From the NCBI GenBank assembly GCA_951406725.2, contig OX597815.1:166408001-166472000 (forward strand): DNA of 64,000 nt, written 5' to 3'. The stretch is from Octopus vulgaris. Taxonomy: Eukaryota. Both the position numbers and the translations under genes were made by a program. The stretch's first letter is position 1, and every line of letters starts with the position of its first letter. Of this stretch, positions 12,851 through 24,849 are shown piece after piece. The notes under the pieces were generated by a model, which was given only the letters and a program-made list of their open reading frames with translations, did not search any database and was not told where the DNA came from.

Positions 12851-13251
12851 ACTCTTTTACTCTTTTACTTGTTTCAGTCATTTGACTGCGGCCATGCTGG
12901 AGCACCGCCTTTAATCGAGCAACTCGACCCCGGGACTTATTCTTTTTGTAAGCCCAGTACTTATTCTATCGGTCTCTTTTGCCAAACCGCTAAGTAACGG
13001 GGACATAAACACACCAGCATCGGTTGTCAAGCAATGCTAGGGGGACAAACACAGACACACAAACACACACATACATATATATATACATATATACAACAGG
13101 CTTCTTTCAGTTTCCGTCTACCAAATCCACTCACAAGGCATTGGTCGGCCCGAGGCTATAGTAAAAGACACTTGCCCAAGATGCCACGCAGTGGGACTGA
13201 ACCCAGAACCATGTGGTTGGTTAGCAAGCTAGTTACCACACAGCCACTCCC
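12851..13251 (-). mobile_element. SINE A flanked by a long (64/72-bp) direct repeat
   Basis: gggttgtcagataaattcattcgcc(T)n...aattctaatcctttctaatggtat at 12787-12850 and 13252-13323. Confidence 0.9.
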
Positions 13252-13527
13252 GGGTTGTCAGATAAATTCATTCGCCTTTTTTTCTTTTTTTTTTTCACTA
13301 ATTCTAATCCTTTCTAATGGTATCTGAATTAACATGAAAAATATTTTTATCGTAATGTTTTACAAGTTTTTTCCTATTTTTTTTTTTTTTTGTAATTATT
13401 CTTTTTTGAAATTTGAATAAATTTTATCTATTTTTTAGGCGTTTAATGGTGGAATGCCAAATAATTAAAATAAGCAAAAAAAAAACGAACGAATTTAAAT
13501 GACAACTCAATATCTTTTTGTTGCTTA

Positions 13528-13760
13528 AGGCGGCGAGCTGGTAGAAACGTTAACACGCCGGGCGAAATGCTTAGCGGTATTTCGTCTACCGTTACATTCT
13601 GAGTTCAAATTCTGCCGAGGTCGACTTTGCCTTTCATCCTTTCGGGGTTGATAAAGTAAGTACCAGTTATGCACTGAAGTTGATATAATCGACTTAATCC
13701 GTTTGTCTGTCCTTGTTTGACCCTCTGTTTAGCCCCTTGTGGTCAATAAAGGAATAAGAA
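13528..13760 (+). mobile_element. SINE B (tail type 2)
   Basis: Full head and core plus taatccgtttgtctgtccttg...gccccttgtgg tail. Confidence 0.88.
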
Positions 13761-13932
13761 TCGTTAGTACGCCGGGCAAAATGTCTTGAACTTAGGCACT
13801 ACACAATGAGTGAAAGGGTAGGATATAAACCGGGGATTCCTCGATGACTTGAACGACTTACACAAGCATTCATATCCCCATGTATAGAAATACACATACA
13901 GATGATGGGATGAAATGTGTGTGTGTGTATGC

Positions 13933-13967
<35 letters not shown>

Positions 13968-13971
<4 letters not shown>

Positions 13972-14140
13972 ATCCAAACATGAAAACACAAAGAGAAAAT
14001 AAAACAACGCGAGGACGTGGAACAAGCATAGGAAAGGAAAGAATGAAGAAGGATTTAACGTTTCGAGCGGAGCTCTTCGTCAGAGACATAGGAAAAGGAA
14101 AGATCCAAGAGAAGACGGGGGAAAAAAATCACCAACGATA
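13968..14140 (-). mobile_element. short (TA)n-flanked repeat, probable Penelope-like pseudo-LTR, with hammerhead-like motif at 14053-14089
   Basis: Minus strand gtct-CTGACGA-A-GAGC-tcc-GCTC-GAAA-cgtt; element bounded by TA tracts; related sequence at 21853-22050. Confidence 0.55.
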
Positions 14141-14899
14141 TACATATATGTATATATATATTCCAAAAGATATATGTATATATATATTCCAAAAGATATA
14201 TATATATATATATATATCTTTTGGAAGTAAGATGTATTAAGATACTTATTCCCATTTCACCACTACCACGACCACCATCGTCATGAAAGTCATTCAGCTT
14301 CAAATTCAGCTGTAATTACTAAAATTATCTGATAATCGCCACATAACTGTACAGATAACATTCATTACTACACTTAAACCATACGTACATACATGTACAT
14401 TTACACACAATGTAAATGGTTTGGTAATTAAGAACACTTATACGCGTACATACTGTCACATACACTACCCCACTCCCCATACAGATTATATATATATATT
14501 AGACAAGAAATTTATCTATGCTTAGATTGTTCCTTCAAGTACAGTATTGCACACTCCAATAAATTATCAACATTACCCCTTCTTTCCGAAGACCCGTTGC
14601 AGTGCCTATTCTCTCTTGCACACAGTAATATTCAAATTATGTTCTGCTCCTAAATGTGAAGGGAAAAAGACTTCGTAATCACCAATATGTTATTACGTAA
14701 AGTAAACAAACGCAAAGGTGACCTATTTGATCGCTTGGTCGTAAGGATATATACCCCGAACACGTTGTAACAGGAGCTTATGGTTGCTGAAAGTACCACT
14801 GCCTAACAGAGTGTATGATAGCAGTTCAACTAGGTCCACGGAGAAGTCGACAACAGAAGCGATGCCCAATGACAATCAATATTGAGTCTCTCTTTTTGT

Positions 14900-15780
14900 C
14901 TCCTGAGACAATAAAACTGTCATACATTAGCATGATACATAGCAAGACCCCTGAAAACACATGGTGCGCTCTGAAAGCAGCTATCTCGACAGCTGTCAGG
15001 AGTACTTGAGTCTTCACCGCAAGAAAATATTAAGACTGGTTTGACGACAACAACACCAAAACGAAGCAGCTGATTGACAGAAAATGTGGTTTTTCCCGCT
15101 TGCTAAAGTGAGAAGAATAATGAGTGCAGAAGGAGAGTTCACCAAAAGAAAAAAGTTTATAGTCCTGAAAGTAGCAGGTGCAATGAAGAAAAATTGAAAG
15201 CAGACCAAATCACTGTAAATTTACAAACTGGCGGACATAAGAGTTTTGTGTGTGTGTGTGTGTGTGTGTAGTCTTAGTACATCAGACCCAACATTCCTTA
15301 GATCGAAAGGAGGAGTTAACAACCGGCAAAAAGAACACAAACAAAAAAAAGCATTTCGAAATCTTGCTTAATCATGATTCTGCAACAAACGAAGGATATC
15401 TGGACAATATCCCGCCAGGTCAATGACGAAGAACTTACAGGCTCCAGCTTATATTGCAAGAGTCAAAACAGCAATTTGTTCCATTAAAAAAAATAATAAA
15501 GGTCCTCGCACCGGCAGCATTTTGGCAATCAAGCATTTACAACAAAGTTTCATGTACTCTGTTTCTCCGCTAATCTGAACGCGAGAAGAGATATAATCAT
15601 TATTACTATCATCAAGAAAGGAGTCAAACAACTGTGGCAAACATACAGAAATCGCGTTTTGTCTACTGCTGTAAAATTTCTGGCTTGATTCCTGCTCAAC
15701 AGATTCATTTTCTTATCGGAGACACATCTGCCCCGATCATAATCTGGTTTTAGACATTTCAGAAGACTACTATTAGAGAT
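14900..15780 (+). pseudogene. decayed RTE-clade LINE ORF fragment (linker into RT N-terminus)
   Basis: Frameshifted motifs read by eye: W.ALK.AI, RK..DWFDDN, KNNK.P...I, KKG....CG...I..LSTA.K.LA..LLNR, LP.S.SGFR..R. Confidence 0.75.
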
Positions 15781-17127
15781 GCCGTGAACTTGAATTGTTT
15801 GAATCGAGAACTGAAGTATGGTACAGATACGTATTTACCCCTACTCTCGTCAGTCTCGGCTATACTCTGGCTGCTAAGGGTAAACTTTCACTTAGTGTCC
15901 AGACTTCATACCAGAAAGATAGCAGTCCGTGCTAAAACGAAGGTTACAACGTCGGTAATTGCAATTTGACATGCAAATGTCTTCACAAATTAGCGTAACT
16001 AATATATTCACGACAAACTTCAGCCTGCATATAGCAACATGAAAATTTGAAGTCCCTTGCAATATTTGTGCTGCACCGAGTTACAAACACTCCCTTCTGG
16101 AATGCACTGAAGTCATATTTGACCTATTGTTCAACATATATATCATAAAATAAAATAACCCAGATCAAAGTTTTGGTAAATCAAATGGCTGTCCAGGGTA
16201 GCCAGTACATTGTGGATACCATGGGAAACAAACACAGTTTCGGTTTCCCAAATTCTGCCCCTCTCCTGTGACTTTTTTTCTCTCTCATTATACTTTAAAG
16301 GAACTTACACCAAACGAACAGTCTAACGCACTCCGTGATAATTGTAAGATTGATTTGCATATATTTATGTATATTTGTAAATTATGACGATGTCGTAAAT
16401 TGTAATCTCGTATGTTAAAGTTCAGCTGATCTAAGGCGCCAGCTTTCTCCAGAAATGACGCCAATCCTAATTCAATAATCTCCCTCCCACCCCTATCTCC
16501 TCCTCTTCTGTGTGTGTGTGTGTGTGTGTGTTCATCTGGAGGTCTGAATTTATTTCAAATATTGCTGTTTCGTTTTTGTATTTGTTTGGCAAGATTTTCA
16601 TATTTGTGTTATCAGAGTTTTGAATAATTCATTGAGGTTTTTATTCGATTTTGACTCGCTATACTAGTTATTTCATTTAAATCTGTATAAATTCTTTAAA
16701 AAGAAAGAAGTAAAAAACATGAAGAGAAAAAAGTGATACCATCCTGTGCATGGGGACAACCAGAATTTTGACCGAGGAGTTTCAAAAATTAATAACATTG
16801 GTCCATTATCAGCTGTCTAATTTGCTCATTTACGTACATTTAAGTTTGTATTATATGTATTATATAAATGCAGCGCCTTTTAAAGGCGGGTTTTAGCTAT
16901 TGCATCACTCCAGGACCCGTAGATCGAAACAGAGGTCCGTGAATATCTAACAGTATCTTCTTTAAGTTTAAAAAATCGAATAAAAAACCTTGAATTTTGA
17001 GAAAGGGTTAAGCGACCCGGAAGGAGAACAACCTCGTTCCTTTTGCAAAATTTCCTTTGCTGGTCAAGCACATACATAATCAGAGGGGGGTTTGTCTTAA
17101 CATGGTTACGTGTGTATGCAACGCTAT

Positions 17128-17279
17128 CAGTGGTATGGCCAGATGTGAAGAGGGCGCTCTGTCCATGGCGACGCTATTGGGTCTGAAGCTTGGGGATCCG
17201 CATCAGAGAAGCAAAAAAAAAAAAAAAAAAAAACTCAAGGGCTGCTCCCGAGCAAAACATAACTCTAACTGCACCACTG
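17128..17279. mobile_element. small MITE with CAGTGGT/ACCACTG termini
   Basis: cagtggtatggccag ... ctaactgcaccactg imperfect TIR. Confidence 0.45.
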
Positions 17280-17899
17280 AATGCTGTTCTTATTCATCAT
17301 ATTAGTTACTAGGGCAAAGAACCCATTACGAGGTCCAGCCAACGACGAAAACTCAAGCGAAAATTTAAGAGATATTTGATGTGATACTTGTTTGATTTAC
17401 TTATCAATTTTTGAACAAGAGAAAAATTACATTACATCAGAATTGTAATCTCTAGCGGTGAGAAGTTGTGACGCCTGTATATATTTCTCTGAGGTTATTA
17501 GTGACGTAAGTTAAGCGGCTCCAACCAGCAATTGAAACCGGATCGGTGAATCGGTCACCATTATCTTTATAACCTTCCAGAGGTCATACTGTATGATAAA
17601 CAACTCTCACCTGCTTAACATGTGTATGTATAGTTTAATATCTGTGACAGGGTGTGTAAGTATGCATACGGCGGTATTTAAGAGGACGAAACAAAAGGTC
17701 TTATAAAACGATTAATTCAGTTTGTACTGTTATTTTCTTCTGTTGCTTCTTCCGAAACCACAATCTTTGTACGATTTGAACCTCGTTGACCCACAAAATA
17801 AAATCTCGAACCATCAAAATTTAGAGGTATGCGCACGTCTTTCTTCTTTTTTTTTTTTCTTTCTGAGAAGCGGGCCGCATGAGACATGGTTCATTATCT

Positions 17900-18380
17900 A
17901 TTTCTTTACTACTCACAAGGGGCTAAACACAGAGAGGATGAACAAGGACAGACAAACGGGTTAAGTCGATTATATCGACCCCTGTGCGTATCATCATCAT
18001 TGTTCGACCGTGGTCGAGACAATGGAATTTACTATGTTACGCCAGACTTCACGGTCCATCATAGCATTACGGAGGTCCTGTTGCTGGATGCCTGTATCTC
18101 TGGAGATTACATCAGGGTAGGAGAGTGTGCGCCCTCTGGTATTGCGAGTAGATGGCTTCCAGAGGAGAAGAGTAGAAATTACTTCTTTTTCAGCTCTACA
18201 ACAATGTCCAGCAAACTGGACTCTCCTACCTTTCACCAGTGCGTAACTGGTACTTATTTAACCGACCCCGAAAGGATGAAAGGCAAAGTCGACCTCGACG
18301 GAATTTGAACTCAGAACGTAACGGCAGATGAAATACGACTACGCATTTCGCCCGGCGTGCTAACGCTTTTGCCAGCTCGC
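17900..18380 (-). mobile_element. SINE B interrupted by an RTE 3' end
   Basis: Tail at 17900-17990 and core/head at 18236-18380 join into one copy when the insert is removed. Confidence 0.85.
17991..18235 (-). mobile_element. 5'-truncated RTE-type LINE 3' end with open C-terminal ORF and (TGA)n tail
   Basis: ORF RRVQFAGHCCRAEKEVISTLLLWKP...GR..SYPD.I..DTG...AMMDREVWR matches the RTE C-terminal pattern; tgatgatga tail; 10-bp TSD cc(t/a)gtgcgta at 17981-17990 and 18236-18245. Confidence 0.88.
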
Positions 18381-18751
18381 GGTCATCATGCTGGCTACAC
18401 TACTAAAAACAAATTCAAGGTAATTTTTCGTGTGGCATGCCATTGAGAAACTCTTTGGGGCCCTCAGCTTCTCTCGGACTGATTTAGTCCTAGTAAAGCT
18501 ATTTCTTAACAGTCCAGCGACCACATAGGACTCTCAGTAACAACAACAATAATGGTAGTGGTGGTGGTGGTGGTGGTGACAAAAAAAAAAGGAACAAAAA
18601 AACTGTGGCGTTGGAAGTATTTCGTCTCTCTCGTTCTTCGTTCTTCGTTCCTCCGCTTCAGCGTCAACCCTACGCCGCCTTATCTTCATCACCATCACCA
18701 TCATCAACATCACACTACTTACTACTCTGTTACATCCACCCCTAAAACATA

Positions 18752-18783
<32 letters not shown>

Positions 18784-19285
18784 ACACACACAAACCACCA
18801 CTACCATCAAGTTACCGTAGCCACAACCACCACCACCACCATCACCCCCCCTCCACCGCCGTCACCGCAAAAGAGCACTGGCCTCCTCTTTTTCTCTTTC
18901 TCTTTCTTTTCCCCTTTTATTCTCCTTGTAAAAGCAACATTCTAACAGCTTGCTCTCTCTCTCACTCTGCCCTTCCCCTCCTTCTCACTCTCTCATCCTT
19001 CCTCGCTCGCTCTTTCTTTCTCATCCTCCCTCCGTCCCTCCCTCTCTTATCCCCCCACCCCACCCCCATTCTCCCTCTCATAAGGCCCCCATTCGCAGTG
19101 AGAACCAGGTCATTAGAACATTCAGTAGTGCTTTTATATATCTATTTTTTTAATGAGAACAACGTGGGGGAGGGTTAAAATATAGGATTAGAAAAAGCTG
19201 TTTTTTTATTTTTTTATTTATTTCCTATAAGATAACGAGAGACAGAAACATATATATATATCTGATATATATACATATATATAAT

Positions 19286-19332
<47 letters not shown>

Positions 19333-19963
19333 GGAGTGGGAGGAGGAGGCGAGTAGCTTGTACGCTTTGTTGCTTTTGTTCTCTTTCTCTATCTTTTACT
19401 GAATGAGTGCTCTCTCTCTCTCTCCACCCCACCCCACCCCCATCTCTATTTCGCCTCTCTGAATGAGAGAATCAATCTTTTTCGTATTTTTTTTTTCTTT
19501 TGTGTGTTTATTCTTTATCTTTCTTGCTTTACTTGTCAATCAACCGAATATGAACTTAACGCTACCTTCTTTTTACAAACATACTCCATACATACAGTCA
19601 CACATCATATATATATATATTTATATATATATTAATTTATTTATTTATTTACATGTGTGTGTATGTGTGTGGGTCCTATATTACTTTAAAAATGAAACTG
19701 CAGTCTTGTTTGCTTGCAATGTTGCACAGCCAAACCGGCGAATAATGGGAAAATATTTTGAAAGTAAAGTGCCCTTGAAATGTGAAGAAACTCTAATCTT
19801 TTCATTGGACACATTATGATGGGCAAATATTTTTTGAAGTGAAAATGACTTTAAAAATACGGTAAATATTTCGCAAAAGACCCGTTCGTAACCTCTGTGT
19901 GAAATAGTTTATCTCTATAGGTTTCTTTCGAGTGCATTCAATCAATGTATCTCAGCTCCAAAC

Positions 19964-20074
19964 ATTTGGCTGCTATTTCTAGCTCGCTCTGCTACCACGT
20001 AACAGCTATTTGCGATACAGGACCCGAAATACCTGTTACGTGGTATCAGAGCGAGCGAGAAATAGCAGCCAAAT
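19964..20074. repeat. inverted repeat, 48-bp arms (3 mismatches), 15-nt loop
   Basis: Arms 19964-20011 and 20027-20074 compared base by base. Confidence 0.9.
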
Positions 20075-20259
20075 CTTTCCTTTTCTGGGAGGTCATTTAC
20101 GCGTGATTTCGATGTCGCATTCGTTGAAAGCATGCGAAATAACCTGGGGGAAAAAAACAAAAAAAAACAAAAAAAAAAAACTCCCGAAACAACTCCCTTG
20201 CTGGGAAACTCAGACTTATCCGGTAGCTCGAGTTATTGGTGACCCAACGAGTCACGGAT

Positions 20260-20586
20260 CAGTGCTTCTCAAACAATGTGGCGTACCGGGAGTTTCTTTT
20301 TTTTTCTTCCAATCTAACAGGGACCGGTATTATGTCTTAGTAATAATTTATACCGGAAACAATATTTATAATGAATATAATAAAAGATGACAATTTTTAG
20401 ATATTTATTTTGTAAACGAATAATACAATATTGCATAAGCTGATGAGTTATTTATTGCAATGCATAAGGCGTAAATACTGAAAATAATGCTATGGTTTGT
20501 TTCTTTCCTGGAAACTCGCCGTGTACCGGCAGCTGATCACTCACGGACCGGCACCGGACAGTGGAATACCGCTTTGAGTAGCACTG
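20260..20586. mobile_element. hAT-type MITE
   Basis: TIR cagtgcttctcaaa / tttgagtagcactg (13/14); 8-bp TSD not preserved. Confidence 0.7.
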
Positions 20587-20728
20587 GTCTAGTATATGTG
20601 TGTGTATATATATGTATGCATGTAATATATTTATGTATATGTGTATGTATGTACATATGTATGTATATATATATATATGTGTGTGTGTAAACATATATAT
20701 GTGTGAATACATGTATATATATAATATT

Positions 20729-20759
<31 letters not shown>

Positions 20760-21109
20760 ACATTAATAAATAAAATAAAACATATGCATACATACATATA
20801 TGTACGTACCTACCTCTACATGCATATATGGGTACAGGACACCCAAAAAAAAAAACGTCGAACACAATGAGAAACGAAAACATAAACACAAAACCAAGGA
20901 AATGGACAATGGATGTGTGTATTTTCCCCTTATTTACAATTAACACGGTAAAAATAGATAAACAGTTACCAGGGCAGCAAAAAAAACCACACAAGTAATA
21001 AGGACGTAACACCCTGTTTGTAAAGGTAGAAAATCCGGATGTGAAATATTTTGTATAATATATATAAATAAATAAGTAAATGGAATTAAACGCAAGTATT
21101 ATTCAAATT

Positions 21110-21205
21110 CTTTTACCTCCGACATATGTTTCGAAGACTGCATTGATATTATTCCAAAGGAATAAAATGGTGTAAAACAATATAATCTTCTCGTCAGGAA
21201 AAGAA
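21110..21205 (-). ncRNA. type I hammerhead ribozyme candidate, intact core
   Basis: Minus strand ttttc-CTGACGA-GAAGAT...GTCTTC-GAAA-CATATG-TC^ggagg: all core nucleotides, GUC triplet, 6-bp plus extended helix II, palindromic helix III. Confidence 0.7.
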
Positions 21206-21628
21206 AGAAACCAAACTCTTCAATAAGACATTTTAACAGAATGTGATGGATGTGTATAATGATGAACGGAACGCTATTAAGTTTCTTTTTAAAACCGCTA
21301 GAGGATATAACGTCAAAGGTAGCCTATAGAAAGAGGAGTAAAGGAAAGAAATAAGCAGAAAACTAATAAATGAGAAACATAGAGCGATGTGTGAATTAAA
21401 AGAAAAGCTTAAATGCTTGGAAAAAGATATATCTTGTGGAAGTGAAATGTAAGAGGAAAATCAATATTCAAATTATATATAATGGTAGATATCACTTATA
21501 TGAACTAAAAGTATGTTTCTGCCAATGTTTACATCGATAAACATGCTCTATAAACGTGTTTACGAGGAAGGGGGGCTCCAAACAAGCCTTTCGCGATACC
21601 CTTAAAGCCAAGATATATATATATATAT

Positions 21629-21790
21629 AAAGGAAATGAAGAAAATGCTGACAAAATAATTTAAGTAAAGGAGAGTGTATTTAATTAGGTGAAAGTTCTT
21701 TTTACCGCAACCGGTAAAAAGAACTTTCACCTAATTAAATACACTCTCCTTTACTTAAATTATTTTGTCAGCATTTTCTTCATTTCCTTT
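21629..21790. repeat. perfect inverted repeat, 79-bp arms, 4-nt loop (caac)
   Basis: 21629-21707 is the exact reverse complement of 21712-21790; TA tracts on both sides. Confidence 0.95.
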
Positions 21791-21852
21791 TTTTATATAT
21801 CACAACTCGTGTTCCACATCTCCTTTTTTAAATATATATATATATATATATA

Positions 21853-22050
21853 GTTCAAATTTACAGAGAACAAAAGACGAGCACAGGTGAGGGTACAAGC
21901 AGGTGTATTAGTTTGACGCTCGGGAAGAATGGGAAAGTCTTTGACGTTTCGAGCCTACGCTCTTTGACCATTTCAGGATGTGAGGAAAAAAGTGGAGAGA
22001 GAACGAAAACAAAAGAAAACAAAACGAGAGAAAAAATGTATAGGGATTAA
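21853..22050 (-). mobile_element. short repeat related to 13968-14140, with degenerate hammerhead-like motif at 21937-21968
   Basis: Minus strand gtcaaa-GAGC-gtag-GCTC-GAAA-cgTC-aaagac; starts at a (TA)n tract. Confidence 0.5.
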
Positions 22051-22765
22051 CACGACGGCCTTCTTTCAATTTCCGTCTACCAAATCCACTCACAGGGCTT
22101 TAATCGGCTCGAGTTTAACGTAGAAGACATTTCCTTAAGGTACCACACATGGCCTAGATAATTTGCATCAATGAAAACCAAAAATTAGTGAAAAGAAATT
22201 ACTCAGAGTGGCCAGTGGCAAGTATTTTAACAACTGTATATAATTATATAATTAAAATAAATGTTAGATAATTATGTTAGCTTGGAAATGCGGGGGTGTG
22301 ATATATATGCAGTATATAAAAATCTATGAATGGCATATGAAAGACCACAATCGTTTTACGAGTGTCTGCAACTTTTAGTATTAATGAATCATCGGCTAAT
22401 TTACTTATTAAGATAATTTGTACTCAATGTATTGAGCGGTCTTTTCTTTCGTTCGCACACACGCGCGCACGCACGCGCGCGCACACACGCACACACACAC
22501 ACACACATATATATATATAAAACTTATAAATAAGGGCTAAAGAAAATTATTTTTATGCCAATATGCTGTTAACAGACTTTTAAATCGTCAATTTCCACAT
22601 ATTTACTCGCTACAGAAAAAACACGAAGAGCTGAAATCGGGGAAAGCCGGCCGATATTGCCCACAAAGGGCTAAACACAGAGGGGACAAACAAGGACAGA
22701 CAAAGGGCTTAAGTCGGTTACATCGACCCAGTGCGTAACTGGTACTTAATTTATCGACCCCGAAA

Positions 22766-22810
<45 letters not shown>

Positions 22811-22875
22811 TATATTACTTAAATGTACGAAATAACGTATGTGTGTGTGAAAGAGTGCGTGCATGTACGCGCGCG

Positions 22876-22909
<34 letters not shown>

Positions 22910-23305
22910 AATGTATGGCTGTGTGGTAAGAAGTTTGCTTCCCAGTCAAATTATTCCGGGTTCAGTCCCGTAGCCTGTAACTTTCGACAAGTGTCTTCTA
23001 ACTATAGACCCGGACAGACCAAAACTTCGTGAGTGGATTCGGTAGACAGTCACTAAAAAAAGCCCGTCGTGTGTGTGTGTGTTTGTTTGTTTGTTTGTTG
23101 TCTTCTCACTACCCCTACCCCCACCGCCGCCACTTGACAACCGGTGTTGGTTTGTTTACTTTCTCGCTTAGCAAGAAGCAGTTCTGCCGAAAGATCCCCA
23201 ATAGAATAAAGAACCAAACTTAAAATTAAAAGTACTTGGCGTGGGGGTCGATAGGCGATGCCCCCAGCATGGCCGCAGCGTCATGACTGAAACAAAGTAA
23301 AAAAG
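22910..23305 (+). mobile_element. diverged SINE A
   Basis: Family motifs recognisable along its length. Confidence 0.75.
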
Positions 23306-24339
23306 ATTCTCAGTGTGTGTGCGCGCTCGCGCATGTGCGTGTGTGTGCGCGCTCGCGCATGTGCGTGCGTGCGTAAAGATAAATGAAAATAAAACAATAA
23401 AAAAGAAATTTGCATGCAGACTAAGAGAGAGAATATGACAAAAAGCTTTATAAACCAAACATTTTTTCTCCCCTCCTTAATTGACAGACACACGAAGATG
23501 GGTAAATGTTATTGGCGAATGTTTACAAGAAACATTCCAGGAATTTCATCATTGTCAAATGAGAATGGAGGAATTTGTTGTTATTTTTTGTTTTTGTTTT
23601 TTTTTTGTGTGTGTGTGTGTGGGTTTCTTTTCTTTTCTTCTTCTTTTTTGTATTTCCTTAGCTGTTTTTTTTTTTGTTATTCTTTGTTTCTTTCTTCTAA
23701 GCAGGGTGGCCGAGAGCGTTTTCTGTATGAAAAGCACGACCTAGATTTCACCCTACACCCTACTACATACACTCTACACTTTTTTTTTTCTTATGGTATT
23801 TTGTGTATAGGTTTTTTTTGTTATGTTTTTTTTTAACATCTTCCCTTTCTCATCGAAAATTGTTCACCCGCCTACTCTGTCTGTGCTGTTGGCGAAGACA
23901 CAAATACGTACACATACACACACACTTAATGTATGTGTGTGTAAACATGTACACACATATGTTTATATAAAGGGAGGAGAGAGAGAGAGAGAGACAGAGA
24001 AAGTATGGTAAGAGAATAAAGGCGTGTATTCGTGTTTGGGTTTGCGTGCAACATAAAGGGTGAATGGAAACACAGGTAGCTGGTAGTTGTAGTAGTAGTG
24101 GTGGTGGTGGTGGTGGTGGTAGTTTGCGGGTTCTTTTGTGAGGACTGTATATAAAGTAGACAATAAGTAGAACTTGCTACAACAATCCAATTTCTTCTTC
24201 CTGGGTGACCAACATAGGAAATTATTTCTGATTTCAACTCATAGCAACGGGGCGATTCTGCTCTGCTTTGCTCTGCTCTGCTCCCTCGATCTGCAGGAAA
24301 TAACAGCCAAAAGTTTACTTAAAAAATGATATGCCTACA

Positions 24340-24726
24340 GGCGCAGGAGTGGCTGTGTGGTAAGTAGCTTGCTAACCAACCACATGGTTCCGGGTTCAGT
24401 CCCACTGCGTGGCATCTTGGGCAAGTGTCTTCTGCTATAGCCCTGGCCTGACCAATGCCTTGTGAGTGGATTTGGTAGACGGAAACTGAAAGAAGCCTGT
24501 CGTATATATATATGTGTATGTGTTTGTGTGTCTGTGTTTTTGTACCCCTAGCATTGCTTGACAACCGATGCTGGTGTGTTTACGTCCCCGTTACTTAGCG
24601 GTTCGGCAAAAGAGACCGATAGAATAAGTACTGGGCTTACAAAGAATAAGTCCCGGGGTCGAGTTGCTCGACTAAAGGCGGTGCTCCAGCATGGCCGCAG
24701 TCAAATGACTGAAACATGTAAAAGAG
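24340..24726 (+). mobile_element. young full-length SINE A
   Basis: 10-bp TSD tatgcctaca at 24330-24339 and 24727-24736; near-identical to the 44489 copy. Confidence 0.92.
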
Positions 24727-24849
24727 TATGCCTACATCAAATAATGTAGGGCTTGGTGCTGAAAATAAAACTGGCTGGTCATGACTGGAGTTTCTTCTTT
24801 ATTTTCTTTCTTTCTTTTCGTTTTCTAATTGCTTTTTCAATCATGAGCG

